Assembly (NCBI GenBank): GCA_023920165.1
Contig: CP089275.1
Coordinates: 1,550,001-1,614,000 of the forward strand
Length of the DNA: 64,000 nucleotides
Direction of reading: 5' to 3'
DNA from: Curvularia clavata
Lineage: Eukaryota
This document shows, one piece after another, positions 12,251-24,884 of the stretch; position 1 is the first letter of the stretch, and every line of letters begins with the position of its first letter. The notes under the pieces were generated by a model. The model was not told where the DNA came from. It did not search any database and worked only from the letters and a program-made list of their open reading frames with translations. The position numbers were made by a program, and so were the translations under genes.

Positions 12251-15200
12251 CTTTGATTTACAAAATACAAACAAGACACGTCTTTCCAAAACAGGATGTA
12301 CCAGACAAACTAGAAAAGAGGTATAACAGATTCGCCAAGAGCTAAACCCCAAGACAAGCAAAAGGTGCTGACTGTCCTCAACGTTTTCAAACAGCAACCA
12401 GGGGATATTTGCCGCTCAAATGGTATTATGTATTCTGCCAATTCCGCAATCGTCACCACATCGGTGACTAAGATGCAGGGTGAATGGAAGAACGGGCACA
12501 TGCGGCCCACAAGAAAGCAGCGCACACACACACTTCTCCCTCGTCCCATAGTGCTTTGGTGATCACTTCTTTCCATTTCAAGCCCAAGTGTGCAGCTTGC
12601 TCTTCTCATCCGCACCGTTGGTCGCGATGATTCAGCACAATGGCGGTGCAGATTGGAGGACAGCCTGGAGGGTGGCCCACTTGTAGCTCGGACCGTTCCC
12701 GTCGAATTGGAAGGCTTATCGATGCTTGAATCCGCCTTAAAGCGCTATCTGGTCAGCTGAATCGCACTACGTATACTGCGGTTGGGCACGTTGCTTAACA
12801 GGGGCATAGAAAGCCATAGAAAATGGTTCGCTACTTGCATGACCGCTAGGCCGAACGAAGCATATTTTTCGACCATCTTACTCTCCAGCGAATAGAGACA
12901 TCTATGGCTGCCTGTATTTCTATTGAGTGCTTACGCCTGGGGAAGAGAGATAGCAAAAATGCGACGTCATGCAACGGGTAGGGCTGATGCACCCCACGAC
13001 CATCCTTTCCTTCTAGAATATCAGCACGCCGCTCTCCACCGATCTGACATTGGTGAATAAGCAAAACGAGCAAGATTGATTGAAAATCAAAAGGCTCTAT
13101 TGTACGTTGGTACTATGAGAGCGACCTATCAGACAACTGAGTGCGCGCTGTAGAGAGTAGCATGTTCAGCTGGCCCCAAACTAAACCTTGCATATTTCTC
13201 AACAACCCATGTCTGTGATACCACTCGAGTTCGGCGAACGCGGCCGTCTGATATTGAACACATCGGTATCTTACACGAAACTGGCAAATGCAAGGCTAGA
13301 CATGCGGTTTGCCGACTTGTAGCGGTAGAGTATCAGCAAATCCCCGCATTTTCCCACAATTTCCAACAAGATAACCATGGGTACTACTCCGTTTTTGTCA
13401 GCACTGGTACTATTTTACCCCATTTGTCAGCCCCAAGGCAGTTGGTAAGCTGCCAGCTATATACAGCAACCTCTGGATTTATATATAAAACAAGTAGAAG
13501 AGTAATAGAGGGAAGAGTATAGAGGAAGAAATGGGGAGGATCGGTTATGCTCGGGCGAGACTGGGGGAGGGCGTGACTAATTTTCCCCATACCGCTTTTA
13601 CAGCCCTCTCCCCTCAATTTTCGGGTGGTGATGAGGGTGAAGTGAAGGTATATGCGCGTGATGCGGATGCTCACACCGCACTTCGCACGTCATGTCTCTC
13701 TCATTCTCTTATTTCCATACGAGGAGAAGAAAGTTTTGGTAGGAGAATGTACGGGCATATCTTTATCTCCGCATTTCAAAGCACACCAATATCATCATAT
13801 GTGACTCCCATCTTCATGTGGATAGAACTGACGACTGCTATTGGGTAATAATGAGGCGCGGAATATAGGCGCTTGCTTAGGAATCCAACTGGATCCGAGA
13901 GAAGTCCGGGCGGTGTAGGGTGCAGGCCCGGGTACATACACGCGCAATACGCGCCATCTCTTGCATCGCTTAACAGCATACGTGTGAGGCTTGGATAGGG
14001 GACGTGGCCGGCATACGTAGTATATTGAGTGAATAATGTATGTGTGTCAAGGATGACTGATTGTGGCGCGGGGAGAAATGTGGCTGGCCCCGAGAGAGAG
14101 ATGGGTGGTCGAGTGCGGGGAGTAAGGAAGTCTGTATAAAGCGTTGCCAGGGCTATTCTTAGCCTGAATGTTACTCAGCTGTGAGGATGATTACTACCTG
14201 GCAATGCAGCCTGTTGGGGAACTTTGTGCGTTAGGCAAGGAACAACCAAAGGGGCTATATCTCTTTGGGGAAGGTGCTCGTGCTGCTTGATCGGTATATA
14301 TGGGATAGATGGCTCAGAGTTTCGTCGCATGGAGCTCGTTCTACTTCCAACGCTGGACTGGGGTTTATGCAGCACAACTCCATTCACGTGACTTCTTACT
14401 CCCAAGCCGCAAATGCTCTAGGCTCTTACGTAACCACATATCTTGTGCCAACGTGTCTAGAGAGTCATATGACATCTAGCGGATCTTCAGAGCTGCTATG
14501 GCCTTTTGTCCGGCATTTCTATTCACTCGACTCAGGTCTACACTGCATAAAAAGCCAATAACAATCTAGACTCCGCACCGCAACCAAACCCACTCCAATC
14601 CCTCGGAGTCTAGGCTCGTTGTTTCGCGGGATGACGTCAACATCCCTCAATGGTTTCCGCATTAGCGCATCCGCAAAAGACAAGGGTTTAGGTCAAACCA
14701 GTAAAGAGATGCGAATGAAAGCAAAGAGGTTATCAAAGCTTTCGTGCCGGCCCCTTCATGGCCCTAATGATAGCGGAGCGACACGGGACGTTTTCTCGAT
14801 GTACTGGGGGAATGCCTCACCTTCCTGGTCGACGGTACGAGTAAGTGAAGCGAGCATGGGAATGCCTGTCATTCTACACCGCTGTAGCATATGTACAGGT
14901 GTATGTAAAAGCTAATAGTGCCCAGGGGAAAAGCCCGAGGACTGCTTTTTCCCTGCTCGTTGTTGATCGTAGTGGGGTAGGGGAGCGTGTATGGCGGGTT
15001 GGCCCTAGTCTTGGGTTGTCGCTAAGGACAGTTGGGTGCTCGACATCATAGCCCAACGAGCTGGTCTGCGGGACCAGTGTAGCCACGGACATATGTCTGC
15101 CTATCACCATGATTTCACACAATAGATGTATGGGAAGATGCGACTGCATACATATTTTACCTGCAGCCGTATATCTGCATGTATGCGTTGGGCTATGGTG

Positions 15201-17220
15201 TGCAGTTGGGCTCTTCTGCCTATGATGGGGTGTGTCGTGTGTGTTACATATTGGGCACGTATTACTTCCCGCATAGTACATACACACGTACATGCAACGC
15301 CGCTGTTGACATGGCAACTCGAACAGCCACGAACTGCAGTAAAAAAGTAAAGGTAAAACCATGAAGGGTCTACATTGCAACTAGTGCGGCACAAAAGCAA
15401 AATGGGCACTTGTGCATAAACGTTCGACATGGGAGAGATACTTCAGGAAGACCAGACAACAAGCCCAACTATAGGAGCAGCAGCCAAGAGGACAAGACAA
15501 CAAGTAGACATGATTCTGCGACTGATTGCAGCAGTGACCTCACACCATGTCATGTCCACTTCCGTTACCAAACCCAAACGTTACGGGGTTTCCTAGGCCA
15601 AGGGCGCTTGTTTCCATGGCGGGCGGCTCAACCACGAATGTTCTACAATTGCGGTGCCACCACGGCTCCGAAGATATCGCCGTACATGGCAGACGACAAC
15701 AAGGGTCAAGATGCCATGTCCTTCCTATTCCACACACCACTCGTAACTCTAATTTTTCGAAATTCCATACGACTCGTATGCACCAATACACCACCACTAT
15801 GACACATAACTCTCACGGCCATGTCATATGCACAAAAGCATGCCCGGCTTTTAACGCCGTGCTGCACACTCGCCTACATACCAACGAGCCACGGAAAGCT
15901 GGGCAAGCCAACAGCCACAGACGTCAACCCGCAGCGGGACGTCAAATGTTGCGCTGCGAGAGCCCCAACGCGCTCCGCTCCTCCCTCCCTATTCCGGCCC
16001 AGGATGGCTTTTTGTTCGTTCTAGCCCTCGCACACTAAGTTTGAGACCTTTTTTCCCTCTTCCCTCCTGTCCGCGGCCAAGTTTACGATCGTCCGCCAAA
16101 TGTGCGATCGCGACGTGTGTCTAGAACACCCCGCCGGCCCGTGTGATGTCTATCACTTGGTCGATTACGTTGGCTGGACTCCCACTTTCTGTTTTTTTTT
16201 CTCCATTCTTACTGCTTCGCTGTTGGGGGGAAATCGACCCGTCCCGGAATATTACGGCAGTTGGGGAAGCGTCTTTTCTCTTTTTGTGCTTATGACTTTC
16301 CCATCCCCACCTTATCGCCGCGGCCTGGACGCTGAACGGAAGAAATAGCCGCTAGTTATAGCTGATGTGCGGTGCACACCTAGCCTCCCCCCTAGCTTCA
16401 TACCTCTTTGGAGTAGCTGTGTGATGTCGTGATTTGCATTGCTTGCTGTGTGGAGATCTTTTTGCAAAAATTAGGGATATGAGAATAAAGCAAGGAAAAA
16501 AAAAGGGAGAGTGAGGCGGTTTTGCTCGTGTTCTAGGCGAGACTGTGGGGCTGTTGCCCTATCTTCTTACGTATTGTCCCAGCGCGCGGTCTTTTTTCTG
16601 TCTCCATCCCTTTTGCTGTATTGCCGGAAGGCACAGGACCCCGGAAGAAAGGGCTGGAAATTGGGGTTACATGTGGTGGTCACGCATAGTAGTAAGCAGC
16701 ACTATAGTGGTCAGGTGAGGTAAGTCTTAGTTTGCATTCTTTGTAGACGGTTTATTGCAAAAAAGATTGCTCTTTGGCCCAATCATGGGTATATGCCAAG
16801 TTTCAAAAATAACTGCTTAGGCGGACGGTGCATATCCTGTCTACGCCCGTGCTGCCCAAACCCTGTCGAACGCCTGCGATGGGGGTTTCCCCAAGAAACC
16901 AAGAAACCAAGGAAACAAAGTGGGAATAAAAGGTGTAGCAGCGTACGAATACAGTTCAAGTGAAAGAAGACGAAGAAAAGCGTGTTGAAGAAGGAAAAAA
17001 GTTCCCGCATATGCCCATGTAAATGCTAGCCTGGCGCGCTGTCCTGCGCGATGAGCTCCCTATGGCGAAAGCCCAAGTCGACGTCGAAGTCGGAAGAAGA
17101 GGAAGTGTTGCCGGAACACTTGTCGTCAAGTCGCTGATGGTCGAATAAAACTCGTTGTAGGTCGTGAAGTAGAATGCCCACAAGCGTTGATTGTAGGATG
17201 TGGCGTGTTCCGAAAAAAGC

Positions 17221-17448
17221 CTATTGTGACCTTGTTGTTGTCGAAGAGGAGTTGTTGAGTTGCGAGAGGGAAGCAAACGAGTTTGCCATTGCTGAGTAGG
17301 CAGCTGTTGGCAGAGCGTTGGTTGAAGATGTGGACGAGGCGCTGTTGCTTCGGACTTGGAGATTGAGAGTGTGGCAGCTTTCGCATCGGTCGTTCAGGCG
17401 GTTGCAGCGGCCTCGGCAGCCTCGCTCGTAGTTGGCGCAGGAGAACAT
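17221..17448 (-). CDS. 75-aa Cys-rich microprotein (putative Zn-binding N-terminus, Ser/Thr-rich tail)
   Basis: MFSCANYERGCRGRCNRLNDRCESCHTLNL; ATG in CCACAATG context after a C/A-rich leader; TACATAAA element ~70 nt upstream; U-rich trailer with AATAAA near 16755. Confidence 0.7.
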   Translation of the reverse strand: MFSCANYERGCRGRCNRLNDRCESCHTLNLQVRSNSASSTSSTNALPTAAYSAMANSFASLSQLNNSSSTTTRSQ

Positions 17449-20409
17449 TGTGGCTTGAGTGTTGGTGGTGGTGATGAGAATGAGGATGCGATGCTGGAGT
17501 GGCGTCGAGTCGCTGCGTTTATGTATGGTACGGCTTGGTAGTGTGTGGGCTTCAAGATATTCTTCAAGCCGAGGGCACGACGTCGTAATATATGGGGCAG
17601 CCGATAGTGAACGCCCGATGATGTAGGCAGCGTTCTAGATATGCAGGGTAATAATTGCGTACTTGGGCCGAAAAAGTAGCCGTAATCGATGGTGTCAGTT
17701 GGCGTCGGCTTGGTTGCATGCAGGAATGGGTCCAATATAGCGCTTTAGATGCCGGATCTGGCCAAGGGGGAAATGGATGCTCGGTGTGATGGTCCAAGAG
17801 TACGACGTAGCATGTGCGGATCGGTCGTGTTTATATCTTGAGCTCGCAGATTAACCCCCCCGTAGCTTTGGTAGGCGTTTTTCGATAGGCTTCCAGAAGA
17901 CGAAAAGCAAAGCGGTCCGTAACGCTGGAGGCCGCAAGAGGCTCATGACAGTTGACGCGTCCAACGGCAGAGTGTGTCATCGTAGATTATACAGTGGAGA
18001 GACCAGCGGCCAGACTGCGCTTGGCCAGTGCGCCCTCACTCGCCAGCCCAGGGTCTCCACCAAAGACCCTGGCCTCGTTGCCCATCAACCCAACCAAGCG
18101 CCCAAATCTTGATTTCTGCCAGACCCGTAACTTCCGGCATACGTCGTCGTCTGTGGTTTGCTCACACCCGTACTTGGACCGCACATGCGTCGACATACAG
18201 CAACCAAACCGCCCGGGCAGCACTGCTTCTGCTCCTGCGTGCTGTGCGCCCTTGGGCGACACTGACCACCCACCCACTGCTCGCAACCGTGCGGGTTCGC
18301 GCCATATCTTTGTTAGGTCTGTTTCAAGCAGCGATGTGCTACAGGGACCGGGGCTGGTACCCAATGTTTCGAACAATTTCTCTCAGGCGGCCTTACCAGG
18401 CTGAGGCTTACTTACATGTCCACCCAGGACGTGCACTCGTCCTCAACTGAGCCCCGAAGATACCGCATTATCTCCAGGGCAGTGCGCCTGAGCCCTTTGC
18501 GATTACGCAGTGCCGCAGTCTGGGCGTCTCACCGTCCGCATGCCGCCCGCCCGTCCGCCGTGACCTCTCCTGACCCCCATTTACCCGGCGTCGTGCAGCT
18601 CCAAAAGTCAACAATTGGCCTGCCGTCGGAGACGACGCAAATTTCGGACTTTTGATAGCAAGTCCGATCTATCTCTATGGTGCGTTGGTGCGGGTCCTCC
18701 CCTTGCCACGCAGCACTCCCGTTCGCGGCTCGAGCATTAATATGAGGATCAGCATTCCCACCTGTAAAACTAGACCGTCGCCTTATGACCGACACATCCT
18801 CCGCACGATCTGGCCCGTTTTGTGGAGCGTGCAATCTTTCTGCTGCCGCGGAAATTGGTGGACACGCTAGGTGGTTCGTTCGCCTGGAACCCTAGCCACG
18901 CCACCGTTACGCTTGTTTGATGTCCGATCTATCCACGCGGCCACATGCAAGTGTTTGTTTCTTTTGCCCATGGGAGACCCGAGCCGCCCGCCGCGCAACG
19001 GGCAAGCTGGACAGCGAGCTGGAAAACCACCGCCGTCTATCAAAACTATCGATACCTTCTCCCTACCGTAGGCGGGCCGAAGTACAAGCGGCTCCCCAGA
19101 GAACGCGGCACACAATGCTTGTACATTTGACACTTGCCGTGGTATTCCACAAGGAAGCGGCATATATTCGCTGTCACCTGCAATGCAACTCCTTCAGGGT
19201 ATGATCGGAGTAAACTTTGTGTTATCAACGCAATGGCTGCAGTCGGAGTATGGGAGAATGCGTCTCCGGCACTCTGTGCCAGCCAATCAAAGCTTTGACC
19301 ACATCGTAAAGTTAGAAAGACTTGCCCACTCGAAAGCTGTGTTTGTACTTTCAGACTGTCTGTTTTGCAATTTTTTCCTTTTTCTGCTAGCTCAGAGGTG
19401 TCTCTCTTAGGCTGTCTAACCATGGATCCACTCGTAGTCCTTGGGTATACACTACGCGTGTTTGAGAGCTGGGCCTCTAACATCTGCAACGCCGGATGTC
19501 CACGACGACGATACAAGTTTCCAGTGTTCCAAAACCCGGTTGAATGGATGGAATGCGAGTGCGTGAATACTGATTCATACACATGTATGCCGATGCTGGA
19601 CAGCTTATGATCGTCGCTGGCATTACCATCCTAGCTTGGCTCTCTCTCTCTCTCAAGGAGAGCACGAGTCGGTTTTTATGCCACCAAGCCCTGGAGGAGG
19701 AGCAATAGGACGAAGCGGGTCTAGAACTGCTACAAACAGAGCCAAGCTTATCATCAAAGTCTATTGCAATTCCATGTCCTGGTAGAATCGCCTCACTTAG
19801 ACAAGCTAACTTGTGCCACTAGTATGCACTGACTCAACGTTAGAGTTATGATAACTACTCGCCTGAAAGCAAGGGCACAACACACAGAAATGTGGTCTGA
19901 TGAGACCAAAATTTTAGATTAATCCTCTTGAACAAGACTGCCTGGATGGCACTGGTCTCGGCCCATGTTCTTTTATCCGTATATGCTGATTGATGGTTGC
20001 TAGAAAATAGGAACGATATTTCAGTTCTCAATCTCATGTAGTACTCGGTATCTGTTCTTCTTTCTTAGTGTCAAAACATCTTGCTTGAAACGACGGCAGC
20101 GTATCAATGTTTCCTCCACTGAGGATTCGGCCAATTCTCACACCTATCCATGACAATCGTGAACCTTCGCCTCTTCACTTTCATCATGTGTCACTAATTT
20201 GCTCAAGGTCCACTGATTCCCTTGCGCATATGCATATTCACAAGTCCAAGTCCCACTATACGGCTTGGACTTACTAATGGAAGTACAGGACATGTTCAAG
20301 ATGAGTGTAAGACCCGTGAAAACAAGGCGAGACGGTGGTAGTGCGTAAATCTATTAATGCTTGTGCAGCGAAATCCAATATGTTCATCCAAAAGTGCCTC
20401 AAGATCAGC

Positions 20410-22167
20410 CTATGGGGGTGTTGGGGTTGCTGTTGCTGGTGTCCGCCAGTAGGCATGGACCTCCATGGCGGGGGTTGTTGTTGTTGTTGTTGTTGTTGAA
20501 GAATCATCGTCAAGGCACCTGCCAAACCAGCCTTTAGTAGTGCAGGTGGTTGTAGTTGGTTCGCTTGACGTAGTGGTAGTGGCTGTGCTCGTGTCGGTGG
20601 TAGTCGTTTTGTCTTTGCACCCAAACCAGCCAGGCTGTAAAGGTCAGCAATGTATGCAGAATGAGCAATCTGAGTGACTCACAGTTTGACAAGTACTTGT
20701 ACTTGTTGTCGCTGTCGATGAGCTAGATGAGGTTGTCGATGTCATGGTAGTTGTTGTATCCCGGCACCCCCACCATCCAGGGGTTTTACAAGTTTCTGTC
20801 CGGGTTCTCGTAGATGTGGTGCTGGTTGCTGTCGAGGTCGTTGCCGGCTGGGTGTGCGTACCGTTTTCAAACTTCCACAGATAACAATCAACGCATCCTA
20901 CATCCTCTTCTAGACACGTTGCTGCTTTCTCGTATTTCATGTAAACATTGTCAATAGCGTACCGTAAACTGTGGGTTTGAGTGCTTTGCCTCCAGCCCCA
21001 ATCTTTGACCACGTCGTATGCGCACTTTCTCCCAGTATGGCAAAGCGTTTCGAACGCATAACCACCAATCGAGCAAAAGCTCGTGGCTCCATTGCACGTG
21101 CCCATATACACTGGGTCAGCTGTATGTCCAAAGTGAAAACCGCCTGTGTCTTTTCGGAGTGGAGCGACCTCACTGGCTGCTGGGAGTCCTAAGCGCTTGG
21201 CCGCCATGGCTTGAGGGTAAGCTTCAAAAGTCACAGCAGGAATGCCATGTTGAAGGCCGATCAAAGAAGCAAGCACTCCGCCTAAGCTGTGCCCTGTCGT
21301 GATGACGTTGGCATGCGGATAGAGCTTCATGACTTCCTGATAGAGCTCGACTGTTGCGACATAATATCGGTTGGGCTTCCGTAGCTCATCCCTTACACAT
21401 TGGTCGTCACAGGTGTAAGTGCCCGTCTGGCAATCACACACCTTACGCCATAAATACGTGCCACCCTGGCCGCAGCAACAAGATCCGTAGAGGTTGTCAT
21501 TTTCCTTGTCGTGTACAGAGGTCCCGTTACCTTCAAACATGGCCACGGTCGTTCCTTTAACAGCCAAAATAATGGTAGAGTTTGTGTCGTCGCTGAACAC
21601 ATGTCCACGAATACCGCTCTCATCCCAACCGAATGGAATCGATGAGTTGAAGTCTTCGTCAACATTCATCCAACCTGGATCATCACGCCCGACCTTGTAC
21701 GCATCTTCGGACATGTTTGCAAAACTGATGACTGTTTCCTTATCTTCAATATCCGGGCCCGGGACATCTTCGGCCATCCAAATGGGGGACATGGGCATTT
21801 GATTGTCATAGCTGTTGTAGGACGGCCTCTGTATCTTTACTGGTGCTGTTTTGATGGCGAAAGGCCCGACATGAGAGTCAACACCAGCAATGGCAAACCG
21901 CTCAGGGGTAACATCGAATCTTCGCGCACGCGGTCCAGGTTGGCCAGCGCCGTGGTCTATAACATGTCGCAATGTGAAGCCATTTGGTCTCGGTGATGAG
22001 GCGACAGCTGCCGCGTCCGCTAGAGCCGTGGACCCACGGGAGTGGCCAAAGCTGGTATAGGCCCAAAAGATACCGGCAATAAGAGCAACCTGCACGAGGA
22101 TTCCAATAGCAAATAGAGAACTTGAGGGCCTGCCTCGAGAGTTGTGGGATGAAGTACGAAATGGCAT
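20410..22167 (-). CDS. ATG15: autophagy lipase Atg15 (class 3 lipase), 2 exons
   Basis: N-terminal TM helix, FGWDESGIRGHVF, DKENDNLYGSCCCGQGG, GHSLGG nucleophile, FGHTADPVYMGTC; intron 20635-20682; stop TAG at 20410-20412. Confidence 0.93.
20475..20498. repeat. (TTG)n microsatellite encoding poly-Thr in the Atg15 tail
   Basis: gttgttgttgttgttgttgttgttg read directly. Confidence 0.8.
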
Positions 22168-23437
22168 GATATGTGAACACTGCAGGAGAGATGGAAAGAC
22201 AAGCGCTGAGGGAGTCGTGATAAGGGTGTTGTTGGCCAAGTCGCCGCCTTCGCACGGGCATGGCTCGTGATCGTGGCGCTAACGCCAGAATAGGTTAGTC
22301 GATTTCTCCACGTCATCTGCCCTCACCCACGCGCACCGCCCATCCGTTGTTACGTGGAGTGCGACTCATCACATACACGATCAAGCTCAAAGCTTGCGGG
22401 CGGTAAAGGAGTGTCCCGCTGTCAACAGCTGTATCGCTGCAGCGTGGCGGTCTGATCGTCCCGAAATAGTAAGAAATAGATGCAAGCTAATGCACCGTGT
22501 CCGTTCCCCGGCTAACTTAGCTGAGAATAACAGATCACTATATGGTGGTGCTAATCATCCATAAGACAAGTCCCAGCTACCCCTGTGAGGAGATGGTGCC
22601 TAGCTCATGTTTTAAAGAGATCGATACGAACTGGCCTGTGAAATGGAAAGAATACGAAGCCGTTTTGCCGAGGCTATTTAGCTGTATCGCGACAAAGCAA
22701 CCTTGGCAAGGTAGAATGTTTCCAAAGGTATGACAACAACTAGACTGAAGATCTTGAGGGTCAGACGCATGCTCCGGACCTAGTAGTAGGGAAACACACC
22801 TCTCCGACATTTAATCGGAGTTTCTAATATCCACCTATCATAGTAGTCAGAAAAAGAACGATTGACTCATTTTTCATTGCTTGCCATACTCTAGCTTGCC
22901 AAAATCCTCTCTCCTCATGACTAGTATACCATTGCTTTTCATCTCTCTCTTTACCATTAAATTGAGCTTCATGTGTTGTTCTTACATATCGGCAAGTAGA
23001 ATGGTAAAGTCCTATATGAAACTTCTATGACGTGCCGTCCACTCAAGGTAACGGAATATACGCCACACACCAAGCGAGACAAGATATGATATTGAAATTG
23101 ACAGGCCCTAAGCAGTTATTGTGCTGGCTGTGCTCAGCATTGGGGTTCGCCATCAATGACACTGCATCCTGTAATATCCTCTACACGTCGCATTCCCCTT
23201 TCTATACCCCCATAGGCCCGAACTCTGTGCCTTGGATCGAGCGCTCTCTGACCGTCAGTTGATGTGATTCGGCGACAGGAGGCGAACCACGTTGACGTCG
23301 ACGTAGGAAGTGTGAGGCCTTGTTGCTGGGTGGCGGCTCGGCGCTACATATTTGTGGCGTCCTTGCCCTTGACAAACACAGCGCATCGTTGTTTACTTCT
23401 GTGGAGCTTCCATTTTCTGGATCTCAGGTCGCCTAGC

Positions 23438-24454
23438 TCATACCTTGACGCCCGCAAGTCGTTTTTGTTTGCGAATCTTCAGTGTGCGTGCAAGGTTGAG
23501 TATGATCATGACAGTCATAACGGCTGCGATACCAAGGATGCATGCGAGCGGCGCCACGATAGAGAAAATCGAGAAAACGTATGAAGCCATGCCGAAGGAG
23601 TAGTTTTCTGTGAGCGGTTGTGTGGCAAGACCAACTTGCATTGCCGAAAGTACGATGGTTGTATACGCGAACAAGGTGATAAGACTGTTGATGTTTTCGC
23701 GCATGAACGATCCGTAGGTGGTGCAGCCGCTATGATATCCGCGAATTTCGCCCACAACCAAGCGGTATATCCAGTTCAACCTCCCGAGGCGCAGTTCTCC
23801 GTAATTAAAGCGCCTATTGACTCTTGCATCACTTCCTATCACTTCTGCAGATGACACGATAGCTGGGTCGAAAGCTGTCTCCTGGGGCAACACGCAGAGA
23901 ATTTCGTGCACGATTGTCAGCCACCCAGGCCAGGTAATATCTTTTGGAATGAGTCCGTGGTTGATGGCCAGATTGTAGTCGACTTCTCGTTCGATCAGCG
24001 CTATATACGAGAGCAGGAATCCAAGTGCAGTCTCATATAAATGTTGGTGCGGACAAATTTCCGTTTGCCAAAAAACAGGGCAAAAGAGGAAGCGGGGTAA
24101 AGGCTTAATAAGAATCCAGGAAGACTTCGATGAGGACCAGACAAGGTGCAGATCCAACTGTTCTGTCACCACAATCTCCCTTTCTTTGACGACCTGGTAA
24201 TGAAGTGGCCGAGGAGCTGATGGCAGTCCAACCAGCCATAACCAACCGTGTATTTCATTCAACCTCCGGACGTTGAGTTCGATGTTGAGAAAAGCGCAAA
24301 TGTTGGCATCGACGGACTCGATCTTGTAATTTCTCCGGAATGTCGCGGGTAGCAAAGGCGCCTCTGGTTGTGTTATACCATCAGAACTTGATGTCTTCAA
24401 AAGCGCCGTGCGAAACGGCACAGGCCGCTGTTCGCTATCAACTTTCGAGTGCAT
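23438..24454 (-). CDS. DUF6601-like fungal protein with two C-terminal TM helices
   Basis: LNVRRLNEIHGWLWLVG..PRPLHYQ..REIVVTEQLDLHLVW, IKPLPRFL, GFLLSYIALI, RFNYGELRLGRLNWIYR, IVLSAMQVGLAT; family recognised from memory. Confidence 0.8.
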   Translation of the reverse strand: MHSKVDSEQRPVPFRTALLKTSSSDGITQPEAPLLPATFRRNYKIESVDANICAFLNIELNVRRLNEIHGWLWLVGLPSAPRPLHYQVVKEREIVVTEQLDLHLVWSSSKSSWILIKPLPRFLFCPVFWQTEICPHQHLYETALGFLLSYIALIEREVDYNLAINHGLIPKDITWPGWLTIVHEILCVLPQETAFDPAIVSSAEVIGSDARVNRRFNYGELRLGRLNWIYRLVVGEIRGYHSGCTTYGSFMRENINSLITLFAYTTIVLSAMQVGLATQPLTENYSFGMASYVFSIFSIVAPLACILGIAAVMTVMIILNLARTLKIRKQKRLAGVKV

Positions 24455-24884
24455 TTCCAGACGTCAGTCCAACCGCAGTGTAATCAATCGTTTCGGTGAG
24501 GGAAGGCATGACAGCTCCAGAGTGTGTGCCAGGGCGCGCAGAGAGAAGATAACCACGACGTCCCGTGGGCTTGCAGCCCGGTGGGCCTAATCTGCTGGTG
24601 TCGCCTTGGAGCGCAAAATTAGGGGTTCCAAGCGGCGGACCAATATCATTTTGGCCGAAAAGATGCGCGTTATTGCTGACTCACCGACGCCCTCTTTCTC
24701 TTTTGGGAGTTTTGGCCCCCAAAATCTTCGGCCCCCAACTCAAAGGCAAACGTGCCAAGGCTAGATACGACCATGAAAGGTGCTTAACATATTGCAATCC
24801 CGCGCTTTCCCTACGATACAAGGCGACAGTAAAGCGGGTTTCGTCCTCGACGCAAATCGCACTCCCGTGGGTCTAAAGTTCGCA

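Noticed and set aside
17952..19582. Several overlapping 100-180 aa ORFs
   Set aside because: ORFs on both strands in GC-rich DNA with no motifs and mostly non-ATG starts; more likely promoter DNA
20036..20062. U2 snRNA-like words TGTAGTA and GTATCTGTTCTT
   Set aside because: The words are interrupted by an insertion and lack U2 stem I and an Sm site; probably chance
12600..20200. Telomerase RNA in the gene desert
   Set aside because: No TAACCCTAA template seen on either strand
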